This document shows, one piece after another, positions 16,552 to 26,093 of a stretch of DNA of 38,917 nucleotides (position 1 is the first letter of the stretch; the number at the start of each line of letters is the position of its first letter). The position numbers were made by a program, and so were the translations under genes. This DNA is from a virus. Lineage: Duplodnaviria > Caudoviricetes. The DNA is taken from positions 1 to 38,917 of IMG/VR virus record IMGVR_UViG_3300032233_001117; one strand, written 5' to 3'. Below the pieces are notes generated by a model. That model was not told the origin of the DNA. It made no database searches and worked only from the letters and a program-made list of their open reading frames with translations.

Positions 16552-16808
16552 TTGTTGGTCGGGAAGAAATAAGTAGTTACATCTTCAACAGATAAAAGCT
16601 CACAGCCCGGATACGATTTTGCGAAGCCAACGCGCAATTCGTCTTCTGTTTTAAACTGTGCGGTGTTGATTGTGCAAACGCCCCACGGGCGTTGGTACGT
16701 GATTTTGTAAATGCGGTGAGGCGGCTGAGCTGACATGGCATGCTGCGGATCAAAGCCAGCAGGTGGGCAGGCGGTGGACTTGGATTTGAGGAAGTCTTTG
16801 TAGGTCAT
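16548..16808 (-). CDS. Hypothetical, possibly chimeric protein
   Basis: ATGA-coupled at both ends; N-terminus MTYKDFLKSK..GFDP. Confidence 0.5.
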   Translation of the reverse strand: MTYKDFLKSKSTACPPAGFDPQHAMSAQPPHRIYKITYQRPWGVCTINTAQFKTEDELRVGFAKSYPGCELLSVEDVTTYFFPTNK

Positions 16809-17002
16809 TCTTTTGGATCTGCTTTGTCGTAACGATCAAGAACCATCCTTGCAGCTTCAATTAAAACAAACGAATCCTCGATTCCAATGCTTTTAAGACC
16901 AATTTGCATCGTTTCAAATGTGTCCATAACATCGACAATCGGCGCGCGTCATCTATTGGGCAGATGCTTAAGGCGATGATCAAATCCAGTTGTTACGTCC
17001 AT
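16805..17002 (-). pseudogene. 66-codon frame interrupted by in-frame TGA at 16951-16949 (or a 40-aa ORF from ATG 16927)
   Basis: MDVTTGFDHRLKHLPNR*RAPIVDVMDTFETMQIGLKSIGIEDSFVLIEAARMVLDRYDKADPKE*. Confidence 0.45.
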
Positions 17003-17026
17003 GTTTGCGTGCCTGATGGCTTGCTG

Positions 17027-17049
17027 ACCGTAGCAGCGGCGGCTACAGT
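17027..17049. promoter_or_regulatory. Divergent -10 elements at the strand switch
   Basis: TACGGT (minus, 17032-17027) and TACAGT (plus, 17044-17049), 24 and 23 nt from their start codons. Confidence 0.45.
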
Positions 17050-17072
17050 CCGCAAGTCCCCACCGCGAACTG

Positions 17073-17204
17073 ATGCGTCTTGCCCATCCCACGCCAGTGC
17101 GCCTGACGCCTGAACTGTTGCGGCGGCTGGATGCCTGGCGTGGTGATGCCATGTCGCGTGCAGCGGCGATCCGCGTGCTACTGGAGCGGGCGCTTAAGCA
17201 ATGA
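17073..17204 (+). CDS. Ribbon-helix-helix (CopG/Arc-like) regulator, 43 aa (not in ORF track)
   Basis: MRLAHPTPVRLTPELLRRLDAWRGDAMSRAAAIRVLLERALKQ; ATGA overlap with primase. Confidence 0.75.
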   Translation: MRLAHPTPVRLTPELLRRLDAWRGDAMSRAAAIRVLLERALKQ

Positions 17205-19690
17205 CCATCCAAGACCTCACCCGCGGCAGGTGGCCGGACCTGCTGGCGACGCTTGGCGGGCTGTCCGCGGATCAGCTGACCGACAAGCATCAGCCCTGTC
17301 CGTGCTGCGGCGGCAGTGATCGCTACCGCTTCGACGACAAGGACGGCACCGGCTCCTGGTTCTGCAACCAGTGCGGCGGGAAGGATGGCGCCGGCGGGGG
17401 CGGCAATGGCATGGACCTGCTCACGCGCATTACCGGCTGGCCGTATGCCGAAGCGTGCCAGCGCATTGAGCAGCACCTATCGGTGGTGCCGGATCCACCG
17501 ACTGCCGGTGCTGAGCAGGTCTGGCATTACAGCGGCACCTTCATCGTCTGCCGCTTCCCCGGCAAGAAGATCAGACCACTCTGGTACGACGGCACCGGCT
17601 GGCGATGGAAGGCACCGCCAGCGCCGCGGCCGCTGTACTGGGCGCGGCGGGCCGCTGATGCGCCGGTGCTCATCGTTGAAGGTGAGAAGACCGCCGATGC
17701 TGCTGCGCGCCTGTTCCCATCGGCTGCGGTCGCCACATGGCCGTCAGGCTGCAAAGCGATCGACAAGGCCGACTGGACAGCCCTAGCCGGGCGGCGCTGC
17801 ACCCTATGGCCTGATGCTGATGATGTCGGCCGCCAGGCGATGGTCAAGTTGGCCGGGCGCCTGCTGTCGATCGGTGCCGCACAGGTGCGGATCGTCACCA
17901 CACCAGATGGCGTTGCCGATGGCTGGGATCTTGCTGATGCCACATGGACGCCAGCCGAAGCTGCTGCCTACCTCAAGGCCAACCGCTCACCGCCAATCGA
18001 GGCGCCAACCGCTGCGCCGGAGCAATCGGAGCCCGTGCCGCAACCAGATCCCGAGCCACTGCCAGCCGCTGGTGAGCACTTCGCCTGCCTTGGCTTTGAT
18101 GGCGACGGCTACTACTACCAGCCGATCAGCACCGGGCAGGTCTGCCGCCTATCGCGCAGCAGTCACACCGGCACCAACCTCTGCGCGCTGGCGCCATTGT
18201 CGTACTGGGAGACGCTGTATCCCAGCAAGGCGGGCGTCAACTGGACTGCAGCCGCCAGCAGCATGTTCACCCAACAGGCTGCGGCTGGTGTCTACTCGCC
18301 CGATCGCATCCGCGGCCGCGGTGCATGGTGGGATAGCGGCCGATCAGTGCTGCACCTCGGTGACCAGCTGATCGTCAATGGCAGCAGCCGCACCGTATGC
18401 GATGGCATCACCGGCAGCAGTTACGTCTACCAGCGTCTCAGCCGCTTGCAGGGCCCATCCGGCGTGCAGCCGCTTGATGACGATGCAGCCTTCCAGGTGC
18501 TGGACCTTGCCGAGCGATTTCTCTGGGAGGTGCCAGCCTCCGGGATGCTGCTAGCTGGCTGGGTCACTCTGGCGCCCATCTGCGGCGCGCTCGACTGGCG
18601 GCCACATGCCTGGCTGACCGCAGGCTCCGGCTCCGGCAAATCCGAAGTGCTCGGCCGCTATGTCACCCCACTGCTCGGTGACATGGGTCTCATCGTCGCC
18701 GGCAACACCACCGAGCCCGGCATCCGTCAGGCATTGCGCGCGGATGCGCTGCCGGTGGTCTTCGATGAAGCCGAAAGCAATGAGCGCAACGATCAGCAGC
18801 GGATGCAGGCAGTGCTTGGCCTTGCGCGTGTCGCCAGCAGCGAAAGCCGCGCGCATACCTTGAAGGGCTCGCCAGAAGGTGATACGCAGCGGTACACGAT
18901 CCGCTCCATGTTCCTGATGAGCAGCATCGCCACTGCTCTGAAGCAGGGCGCCGACAAGTCCCGCTTTGCCCAGCTCACGCTCCGCAACCCAGCCGAGCTG
19001 CCCAAGGATCAACGCACCGCGCACTGGGAGGCATTGGACCGCGACCTAGATCGCTTCATCTCGGAGCAGGTCGGCCAACGCTTGATCGCGCGCACCATCG
19101 CGCTTATTCCCACCATCCGCCAGTCCGTCAAGGTATTCGTCAAGGCCGCGGCAGAAGCATTCGACTCACAGCGCCTTGGCGATCAGTACGGCACCCTGCT
19201 GGCCGGTGCATGGGCGCTGCAGTCGCGTGAGGTGGTCACCCGCGAGCAGGCATGGGCATTGATCGAACAGAACGACTGGACTGCCTACAGCCAGGCTGTG
19301 GAGGTGCCAGACGAGCGCCGCTGCCTGCAGACGATCCTGCAGCATCAGCTTCGCGTCGAAGGTGACCGCACCGTCACGCGCACCATCGCAGAGCTAATTG
19401 AGTTGGCGCTGCACCGCGGCAGTGATCCGCATGTCACGCCCACCGAGGCGCAGAACGTGCTCGGACGCCATGGCATCAAGGCTGAGGATGGCTGCGTGAT
19501 CGTCAGCAACACGGCTAACGCCGTCGCTCACATGCTCGCGGATACGGCATGGGGCAACTGCTGGCCGATCGTGCTGGCGCGCCTGCCAGGTGCGGTGAAG
19601 ACCGGTGCTGTTTGGTTCAAAGGTGGCGGCGGAACCAGTCGTGCCGTGCAAATGAGCATCGAGCTGTTAGGTCTGTTAGGCGCTGGTTAG
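17201..19690 (+). CDS. Primase-helicase (P4 alpha-type Zn ribbon, TOPRIM, P-loop NTPase)
   Basis: HQPCPCCGGSDRYRFDD..WFCNQCG; IVEGEKTADA..WPDADDVG; GSGSGKS Walker A; VVFDEAE Walker B. Confidence 0.9.
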   Translation: MTIQDLTRGRWPDLLATLGGLSADQLTDKHQPCPCCGGSDRYRFDDKDGTGSWFCNQCGGKDGAGGGGNGMDLLTRITGWPYAEACQRIEQHLSVVPDPPTAGAEQVWHYSGTFIVCRFPGKKIRPLWYDGTGWRWKAPPAPRPLYWARRAADAPVLIVEGEKTADAAARLFPSAAVATWPSGCKAIDKADWTALAGRRCTLWPDADDVGRQAMVKLAGRLLSIGAAQVRIVTTPDGVADGWDLADATWTPAEAAAYLKANRSPPIEAPTAAPEQSEPVPQPDPEPLPAAGEHFACLGFDGDGYYYQPISTGQVCRLSRSSHTGTNLCALAPLSYWETLYPSKAGVNWTAAASSMFTQQAAAGVYSPDRIRGRGAWWDSGRSVLHLGDQLIVNGSSRTVCDGITGSSYVYQRLSRLQGPSGVQPLDDDAAFQVLDLAERFLWEVPASGMLLAGWVTLAPICGALDWRPHAWLTAGSGSGKSEVLGRYVTPLLGDMGLIVAGNTTEPGIRQALRADALPVVFDEAESNERNDQQRMQAVLGLARVASSESRAHTLKGSPEGDTQRYTIRSMFLMSSIATALKQGADKSRFAQLTLRNPAELPKDQRTAHWEALDRDLDRFISEQVGQRLIARTIALIPTIRQSVKVFVKAAAEAFDSQRLGDQYGTLLAGAWALQSREVVTREQAWALIEQNDWTAYSQAVEVPDERRCLQTILQHQLRVEGDRTVTRTIAELIELALHRGSDPHVTPTEAQNVLGRHGIKAEDGCVIVSNTANAVAHMLADTAWGNCWPIVLARLPGAVKTGAVWFKGGGGTSRAVQMSIELLGLLGAG

Positions 19691-19919
19691 GCCCAAAACC
19701 CAGTCCACCACTCATTCCTAACGAACCTAACGGTCCTAACGGATTTTCGGAAGACCCCCTTATAGAGAGGAGTAGTGCCCCCTATCCAGTAGGTAAGGTC
19801 TTCTCTCACACCTATCTATACCTTTTTCTGTTAGGTCTGTTAGGTAAGGGAGAGAACCCAGTGGTGGCAAGGGGTTTCGACCTAACAGAGCCCGTTAGGA
19901 ATGCGTTAGGTCTGTTAGG
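19666..19919. repeat. Iteron-like GTTAGG/CCTAAC repeat cluster, putative replication origin
   Basis: 8 GTTAGG and 4 CCTAAC copies at and after the primase 3' end. Confidence 0.7.
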
Positions 19920-19975
19920 TCTGTTGCAGGATGGATCACGGCGGACTAGGGTTGCACTGGCCACAAGGCTGACCC

Positions 19976-20179
19976 ATGGACACCATTGACATTCCCGCCA
20001 AGCAATCGCCGGTGATCAACCGGTTGCACGACACCCTGGTTCTGGCACGCGCCTATGCCGATGCCATACGCGACAACGCGCAGGATGATGCCCGCCCCAT
20101 TCCGTTGGAGCTGGTGGCATCATTCCAAGCCGACTGCGACGGCATCATCAAAGCCCTATCCGAAGCTGCTGCTCAATGA
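19976..20179 (+). CDS. Hypothetical protein
   Basis: ATGA-coupled to dnaN. Confidence 0.6.
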   Translation: MDTIDIPAKQSPVINRLHDTLVLARAYADAIRDNAQDDARPIPLELVASFQADCDGIIKALSEAAAQ

Positions 20180-21213
20180 AGATCACCTGCACCCAATCCG
20201 ACCTCAGCCGCGCGCTACGTGCTGTGGCGCGTGCTGTCGGCAATGGCAAGACCCATCCGATACTCTCTGGCGTACTGCTCCGCGCTGATGGCGGGAAGCT
20301 GGAGCTGACCGCCTACGACCTGAGCATCGGCATTCAGACCAGCATCGATGCCATGGTTGACACTGCTGGCGCCACCGTCGTGCCGCATCGCCTGCTATCC
20401 GACATCACAGGCCGACTGGATGGCGCCAGCGTGGTCTCGTTGACCCTTGACGGTGATCGCGTGGCACTGGCCACCGTAGGCGGCTCCTACAGCCTCTCAG
20501 CGGCCTCTGCGGATGATTTCCCCGGACTGCCAGCAGTGGGGGCTGCTGATGGCGCTGTGATCGACCTGGCGGCGCCATTGACCGCGGTGTTGGTTGCCGC
20601 CAGCACTGATGAAGCGAAGCAGGTGCTCACGGGCATTCACTTGGTATCCGACGGCAGCGAGCTGCGCATGGAAGCCACCGACGGCCACCGGCTTGCGACG
20701 CGCACCATTCCGTCCAATGCGCCTGTGATGGATGTGGTCATCCCATCCCGCGCCATGACGCAGGTGCGGAACCCTGCATCCTTCGCCGTGGATGGCGGCC
20801 ACGTCGCAATCCAGCTGGACACTGCCACGCGCATGATCACGCGCACGCTCGATGGGACCTACCCATCAGTGCAGCAGCTGATCCCTGCCACCTTCAAGAC
20901 CCTGGCCACCTGCAACCGTGAAGCGCTGCTCGCGGCATTGGAGCGGATTGCGTGCGTCTCACCCAATGACATCGTGCGACTGACTGTCAAGGCTGGTGCC
21001 ATTGAAGTGACCGCCGAATCTGAAACCAGCAGCGGCGCTGAATCGGTCGCCTGTGATGGCAAGCTGCCGCAGCTAGCCGTCAACGTCCATTACCTTATGG
21101 ATGGACTGAAGGGATACACTGACACTATGATTACCATTCAGGCCAACACATCTACCTCGCCTGTCGTCATCGGCCAGACTTATCTGGTGATGCCAGTCCA
21201 AATCCGGGAATAA
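20176..21213 (+). CDS. dnaN: DNA polymerase III beta sliding clamp
   Basis: HPILSGVLL, LTAYDL, DDFP, LTGI..ATDGHRLA, DGTYP, YLVMPVQ. Confidence 0.92.
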   Translation: MKITCTQSDLSRALRAVARAVGNGKTHPILSGVLLRADGGKLELTAYDLSIGIQTSIDAMVDTAGATVVPHRLLSDITGRLDGASVVSLTLDGDRVALATVGGSYSLSAASADDFPGLPAVGAADGAVIDLAAPLTAVLVAASTDEAKQVLTGIHLVSDGSELRMEATDGHRLATRTIPSNAPVMDVVIPSRAMTQVRNPASFAVDGGHVAIQLDTATRMITRTLDGTYPSVQQLIPATFKTLATCNREALLAALERIACVSPNDIVRLTVKAGAIEVTAESETSSGAESVACDGKLPQLAVNVHYLMDGLKGYTDTMITIQANTSTSPVVIGQTYLVMPVQIRE

Positions 21214-21216
21214 TGC

Positions 21217-21540
21217 GTGGCAAAGAAGAGCACCAACGTCGAGATTGATGAGCGGGTTAATACCGTTTACGATCTCCTGTTGCGTGCTCACAGCAGGACA
21301 CAGATCCTGCGATACGCGGCGGATACGTGGGGTTGCGGCGAGCGCACCGCAGAGACTTACATGTCTCGCGCTCGCCAACTCATGGCGCTGGATGCAGAGC
21401 TGGAGCGGCCGCAGTGGCTTGCTGCTGCTGTCGCTCGATTGCAGGACTACGAACGCGAAGCACGCGCTAAAGGGAATCTCAGCATCGCAATCAAAGCGCT
21501 AGAAGACCAAGCTAAGCTGCTGCGGTTTGAGATGTCATGA
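21217..21540 (+). CDS. terS: Putative terminase small subunit (HTH)
   Basis: Helical HTH-like protein ATGA-coupled upstream of terL. Confidence 0.6.
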   Translation: MAKKSTNVEIDERVNTVYDLLLRAHSRTQILRYAADTWGCGERTAETYMSRARQLMALDAELERPQWLAAAVARLQDYEREARAKGNLSIAIKALEDQAKLLRFEMS

Positions 21541-22886
21541 GCCTGCTTGCGGGCATCTGCGACGACGCGCCGCTGCTGTCATTCATGCAGCAGCAGACGC
21601 CCGAGGACACCGCTGACCTGCTGACCCGCATCCGCAACGACCTGCACCCTGGGCAGCTTGCGTTTGTAGATGACACCGCAACGCAGATCCTTGGCATCAG
21701 CGCTGGCTATGGAGCTGGCAAGACCAGGGCGCTATGCGCTAAGGCCGTAATGCTGGCGGCAGTCAATCAGGGCTTCATTGGTTGCGTTATGGAGCCGACA
21801 GGCCCGCTGATTCGGGACATCTGGCAGACGGATTTTGAGGCGTTCCTTGAGTCATACGACATCCCGTACACCTTCCGTGCATCACCACTGCCGGAGTACA
21901 TGTTGCACCTGCCAGGCGGTGATACCAAGATCCTTTGCCGCAGCTTTGAAAACTGGTCGCGCATCATCGGCCTGAACCTCGCCTGGGTGCTGGCGGACGA
22001 GATCGACACGGTAACGCCAAGCATTGCCAATAAGGCATTCCCGAAGATCCTTGGACGCTTGCGATCAGGCAATGTGCGGCAGTTCGGCGCGGCATCGACG
22101 CCAGAAGGGTTCCGGTGGATGTGGAACACATTCGGCAGCGATGATGCCAAGCAGCGGCCAGACCGGCAGCTAATCAAAATGCGCACGGCAGACAATCCAC
22201 ACCTGCCGCCAGACTTCATTGAACGGCTGCAGGCGAACTACGACCCGAGCCTGCTGCGAGCGTACCTAGATGGCGAGTTCGTCAACCTGACAACTGGGCA
22301 GGTGTATGACCGCTTTGACCGGGCAAAGCATGTGTCCGTACACTGTCCGGACATCACCCGCGAGCCAATCCGCGTTGGCATTGACTTCAACGTGGGCAAT
22401 ATGTCTGCCGTGATCGCCGTGCGGCTCAGCAATGGCCTGCTGGTGGTTGACGAGATCGCCGGTGCGCATGACACCGACGCTCTGGCCCAGGAAATCCGCA
22501 GGCGGCACCCGCAGCAGCAGATCTACATCTACCCAGACGCCAGCGGCGGCAGCCGCAGCACCAACGCCAGCCAGACCGACATCCAGATCCTGGAGTCCTA
22601 CGGCATGTCGAATCAGTCACCACGCAGCAACCCGCCAGTGCGTGATCGCGTATCAGCTGTGCAGGCGCTGCTGGAGAACGGCAAAGGGCAGGTGCGGCTG
22701 CAGGTGGCGCAGGGTTGCCGCCGCGTGATCGAATGCCTAGAGCTGCAGTGCTACAGCGACAAGGGCGAACCTGACAAGGATGCAGGGTTCGATCACATGA
22801 ACGACGCGCTCGGCTACCTGGTGTGGCGTGAGTTCAACCCGTTGCATGCTGGCGCTGGCCGCGGCACTGGCATCAGGCTCTACTAG
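21537..22886 (+). CDS. terL: Terminase large subunit
   Basis: AGYGAGKT, VLADE, ASTPEG, GIDFN, YPDASG, DHMNDALGY. Confidence 0.95.
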   Translation: MSLLAGICDDAPLLSFMQQQTPEDTADLLTRIRNDLHPGQLAFVDDTATQILGISAGYGAGKTRALCAKAVMLAAVNQGFIGCVMEPTGPLIRDIWQTDFEAFLESYDIPYTFRASPLPEYMLHLPGGDTKILCRSFENWSRIIGLNLAWVLADEIDTVTPSIANKAFPKILGRLRSGNVRQFGAASTPEGFRWMWNTFGSDDAKQRPDRQLIKMRTADNPHLPPDFIERLQANYDPSLLRAYLDGEFVNLTTGQVYDRFDRAKHVSVHCPDITREPIRVGIDFNVGNMSAVIAVRLSNGLLVVDEIAGAHDTDALAQEIRRRHPQQQIYIYPDASGGSRSTNASQTDIQILESYGMSNQSPRSNPPVRDRVSAVQALLENGKGQVRLQVAQGCRRVIECLELQCYSDKGEPDKDAGFDHMNDALGYLVWREFNPLHAGAGRGTGIRLY

Positions 22887-22942
22887 ACAGCCCATCAATG
22901 ACTGAAGCCGTAAACTGATGGCATTCTCAGCGGTTAGCGCTC

Positions 22943-24415
22943 GTGTATAGCGGTTACAACTTCTATGACCGGCCGCTAGCGCAGCGCACCGTAGCAAAGG
23001 TCAACGACCCGAATACGAATTGGTATGCGCAAGAGCCGCACTGGCTGCTGATTGAGGATCTGCTACAGGGCACCTATGGGATGCGTAAAAAGCATCGCCG
23101 ATACCTGCCGCAGGAGCCACGCGAACTGGATGAGTCCTACGACAACCGCCTATCCCGTAGCGTCTGCCCACCGTATTACATCCGCCTTGAGCGCATGCTG
23201 GCGGGCATGCTTACCCGCAAGCCCGTCCGGTTGGATGACACCGCTGACATCATCCGCGAGCAGCTATTTGACGTAGACCTGCAAGGTAATGACCTCAATG
23301 TCTGGACCTATGAAGCGGCCCGCAAGATGGTCCGCTATGGCCACATTGGTACGTTGGTAGATGCCCCGTCTGATGGCGGTAGACCCTACTGGGTAACATA
23401 CACGCCCCGGCAGATCCTTGGCTGGCGCACCGAGACACAAGAAGGCCGGCAGGTGCTGACCCAGCTGCGGCTGGCGGAAGTGGTCACGGTGCCAGATGGT
23501 GAGTTTGGCGAGAAGGCCGTCGAGCAGGTACGCGTACTGACGCCTGGCGAGTACCGCATCCATCGCAAGGCCGACAGCGGTGAGTTCACAGTCGTTGACG
23601 AAGGCCGCACCAGCCTCAATCGGATCCCGTTCACCATTGCTTATGCGCAGCGCCATGACTTCATGGAATCCCGCCCGCCGCTGGAAGACATTGCAGAGCT
23701 GAACCTCAAGACCTATCAGGTGCAGTCGGACCTTGACAACCAACTACACATCTCAGCCGTACCGATGCTGGCGTTCTACGGGTTCCCGTCAGCAGCTGAA
23801 GAGGTATCAGCTGGACCCGGCGAAGCGATCGCATTTCCAGCCGAAGGCCGCGCCGAGTACATCGAGCCAGCCGGTCGCAGCTTTGACGCGCAATTCCGCA
23901 GGCTTGAGCAGCTTGCGCTACAGATCAATGAGCTAGGATTGTCCGCAGTGCTAGGTCAAAAGCTGAGCGCCGAAACGGCTGAGGCAAAGCGCATTGATCG
24001 CAGCCAGGGCGATAGCACCATGATGGTGATTGCGCAGAATATGCAGGACATGATCGATAACTGCCTGCAGTTTCACGCGCAATACCTCGGCAATGCAACT
24101 GCTGCCGGTAGCAGCTATGTCAACCGCGACTTCCTTGGCGCACGCCTTGAGCCGCAGGACATCACTGCGCTGCTGTCGCTCTACACCGCTGGCACCATCA
24201 GCCAGGAAACCCTGCTGCGTGAGCTAGCTGAAGGCGACGTGCTAGGCGATAACTTCGACGTAGATGAAGAGCTGGAGGCTACATCCAATGCGGGGCTTGA
24301 CCTACCGTCTGCTGGACAGGCTGACAGACTGGCTAGTAGACCTGATGATATGGATGGAGCCGAAGAAGCCGAGGAAACAGGAGCTGGACTATACGATCTG
24401 CAGTCTGCCCAGTGA
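22943..24415 (+). CDS. Portal protein
   Basis: Follows terL; YLPQEPRE..YDNRL, DVDLQGNDL, PPLEDIAELN; 490 aa. Confidence 0.85.
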   Translation: MYSGYNFYDRPLAQRTVAKVNDPNTNWYAQEPHWLLIEDLLQGTYGMRKKHRRYLPQEPRELDESYDNRLSRSVCPPYYIRLERMLAGMLTRKPVRLDDTADIIREQLFDVDLQGNDLNVWTYEAARKMVRYGHIGTLVDAPSDGGRPYWVTYTPRQILGWRTETQEGRQVLTQLRLAEVVTVPDGEFGEKAVEQVRVLTPGEYRIHRKADSGEFTVVDEGRTSLNRIPFTIAYAQRHDFMESRPPLEDIAELNLKTYQVQSDLDNQLHISAVPMLAFYGFPSAAEEVSAGPGEAIAFPAEGRAEYIEPAGRSFDAQFRRLEQLALQINELGLSAVLGQKLSAETAEAKRIDRSQGDSTMMVIAQNMQDMIDNCLQFHAQYLGNATAAGSSYVNRDFLGARLEPQDITALLSLYTAGTISQETLLRELAEGDVLGDNFDVDEELEATSNAGLDLPSAGQADRLASRPDDMDGAEEAEETGAGLYDLQSAQ

Positions 24416-24608
24416 CGTGCTAGCTGTCATCCGGCTGACATGGTACAAAAACGGCAAAGCCGATGAAGTAGATGAGCTGCGCATCATGGAAGACGGTCAG
24501 AATGGTTACGACGCCTTCGCCGCAGCTGTGCAGGGCGCGTTGCTTCGTGGCGCCAATGTAAGCATCAGGTCGCAGTACACACCCGAGCAACTTGGTGTGA
24601 TCTCATGA
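24288..24608 (+). CDS. Hypothetical protein overlapping the portal 3' end
   Basis: Only ORF filling 24415-24605; ATGA-coupled to next gene; start uncertain. Confidence 0.55.
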   Translation: MRGLTYRLLDRLTDWLVDLMIWMEPKKPRKQELDYTICSLPSDVLAVIRLTWYKNGKADEVDELRIMEDGQNGYDAFAAAVQGALLRGANVSIRSQYTPEQLGVIS

Positions 24609-25789
24609 GCACACCCGAATTGCTATATCGCAACGCTATTGACCTGAACAGGTATAGCAATAGCGTTGCGCGGCGCATCATCAATGCCTACAACGACATC
24701 ATCATTGATGCGGTTAATCAACTGCGGACCATTGACGAGCTTGCTGCACCTGTGAAGGCAGCCAGGCTGCGGGCCATCCTTGCGCAGTTAAAGGACAGCC
24801 TCGGCACCTGGGCGGGCGATGCAACGGAGATCACAGCGGCTGAGCTGCAGGGCATCGCGCAGCTGCAATCCGAGTTCGTGACCGATCAGCTTCGCAAAGC
24901 GCTACCGGCTGGCGCACGGGATGCGGTCAACACCGTGGAGATCAGCCCGCAGTTTGCGCAGTCGGTTGTTACCACCGACCCGACGCAGCTGAACGTAGTA
25001 GCGCTGAGTGATGACCTATTCGCCGCAGTGCAAGGCGCCCCGGCCACGTTCAATCTGACCGCTGCGCAGGGTGCCACGATCACCTTGCCGAATGGCGAGG
25101 TAGTTACCAAGGCTTTCAGAGGCATCGCCGTCGATCAGGCCGAGCGATTCTCACAAGTAGTGCGGCAGGGGTTGCTGACTGGCGAGCCCACGCCTGCCAT
25201 TGCTAAGCGGCTGATCGGCAGCCTGCAATTTGGCGAGGAAGCCAAGACAGTGAAGCAGTTGATCGCTGCAGGTGGGCAGGCAACAGCAATAGCCGACAAC
25301 CAAGTCATCGCCCTGATACGCACCAGCATTAACCAAGTAGCCAACACCGCCAGCCAGCAGGTCTACGAGGCCAACCAAGACATCACTCCGCGCTACAGGT
25401 ACGTTGCCACGCTCGACACTCGCACTAGCGCGATCTGCCGAGCGCTTGACGGCAAGGAGTTTGAGTACGGCAAAGGTCCGATGCCGCCGCAGCACTTCAA
25501 CTGCCGCTCGACGACCGTACCAATCATCGACCCTGACATCCTGCCGCCATCCACCACTGCAACCCGCGCCAGCAAGGATGGCCAGGTGCCGATCAACCAG
25601 AGCTACGGCGAGTGGCTATCTAAGCAGCCACGCAGCGTACAGGCTGATGCGCTTGGCCCCGGCAAGGTTGCATACTTCAATCGACTTGCCAAGAAATACG
25701 GCCCACGCGACGCCATCGCCAAGCTGGTACGCGATGACGGGTCAGAGTTAACCTTAGAGCAGCTCCGCAAACGATATGGACCTGCCTAA
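24605..25789 (+). CDS. Minor head protein (Mu gpF/SPP1 gp7-like)
   Basis: RYVATLDTRTSAICRALDG..PPQHFNCRST. Confidence 0.9.
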   Translation: MSTPELLYRNAIDLNRYSNSVARRIINAYNDIIIDAVNQLRTIDELAAPVKAARLRAILAQLKDSLGTWAGDATEITAAELQGIAQLQSEFVTDQLRKALPAGARDAVNTVEISPQFAQSVVTTDPTQLNVVALSDDLFAAVQGAPATFNLTAAQGATITLPNGEVVTKAFRGIAVDQAERFSQVVRQGLLTGEPTPAIAKRLIGSLQFGEEAKTVKQLIAAGGQATAIADNQVIALIRTSINQVANTASQQVYEANQDITPRYRYVATLDTRTSAICRALDGKEFEYGKGPMPPQHFNCRSTTVPIIDPDILPPSTTATRASKDGQVPINQSYGEWLSKQPRSVQADALGPGKVAYFNRLAKKYGPRDAIAKLVRDDGSELTLEQLRKRYGPA

Positions 25790-26093
25790 TCTGCGGCACT
25801 TTCGCAACGAGGGACTGTTTACGGTCAGCTCAGATCCTGTTGAAGCATTGGCCGGTGAGGCATGGGTGCCAGCGATCTACACCGACAAAGGATGGGCAAC
25901 AGCAGATGGCGCTAGCCTGCTGGTAGGCATTGAGGAATGGCGGCATGGCAAAGAAGCCGACCAAGGCGGACAAGAAAGTCGCCAAGGTGATGGGCGAGTT
26001 CAAGCAGGGGGCACTGCAAAGCGGCAAGCCAGGCCCCGGCAAGGGACCAAAGGTCAAAAACCGCAAGCAGGCAATAGCCATTGCTCTATCTGA
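25776..26093 (+). CDS. Hypothetical protein
   Basis: Fills the gap after the minor head gene; 3' half overlaps the next ORF. Confidence 0.45.
   Translation: MDLPNLRHFRNEGLFTVSSDPVEALAGEAWVPAIYTDKGWATADGASLLVGIEEWRHGKEADQGGQESRQGDGRVQAGGTAKRQARPRQGTKGQKPQAGNSHCSI

Noticed and set aside
16949-16951. Stop-codon reassignment (TGA read as Trp)
   Set aside because: TGA ends many clear genes with ATGA/GTGA coupling; only one internal case was seen
19666-19919. CRISPR array or telomere-like TTAGG repeats; ORF 19549-19989
   Set aside because: Repeats are 6-9 nt, in both orientations and without unique spacers; the ORF merely reads through them
22898-22950. Mini-ORFs MTEAVN* and MAFSAVSARV* between terL and portal
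   Set aside because: Not coupled to the terL stop and no resemblance to other genes; likely chance
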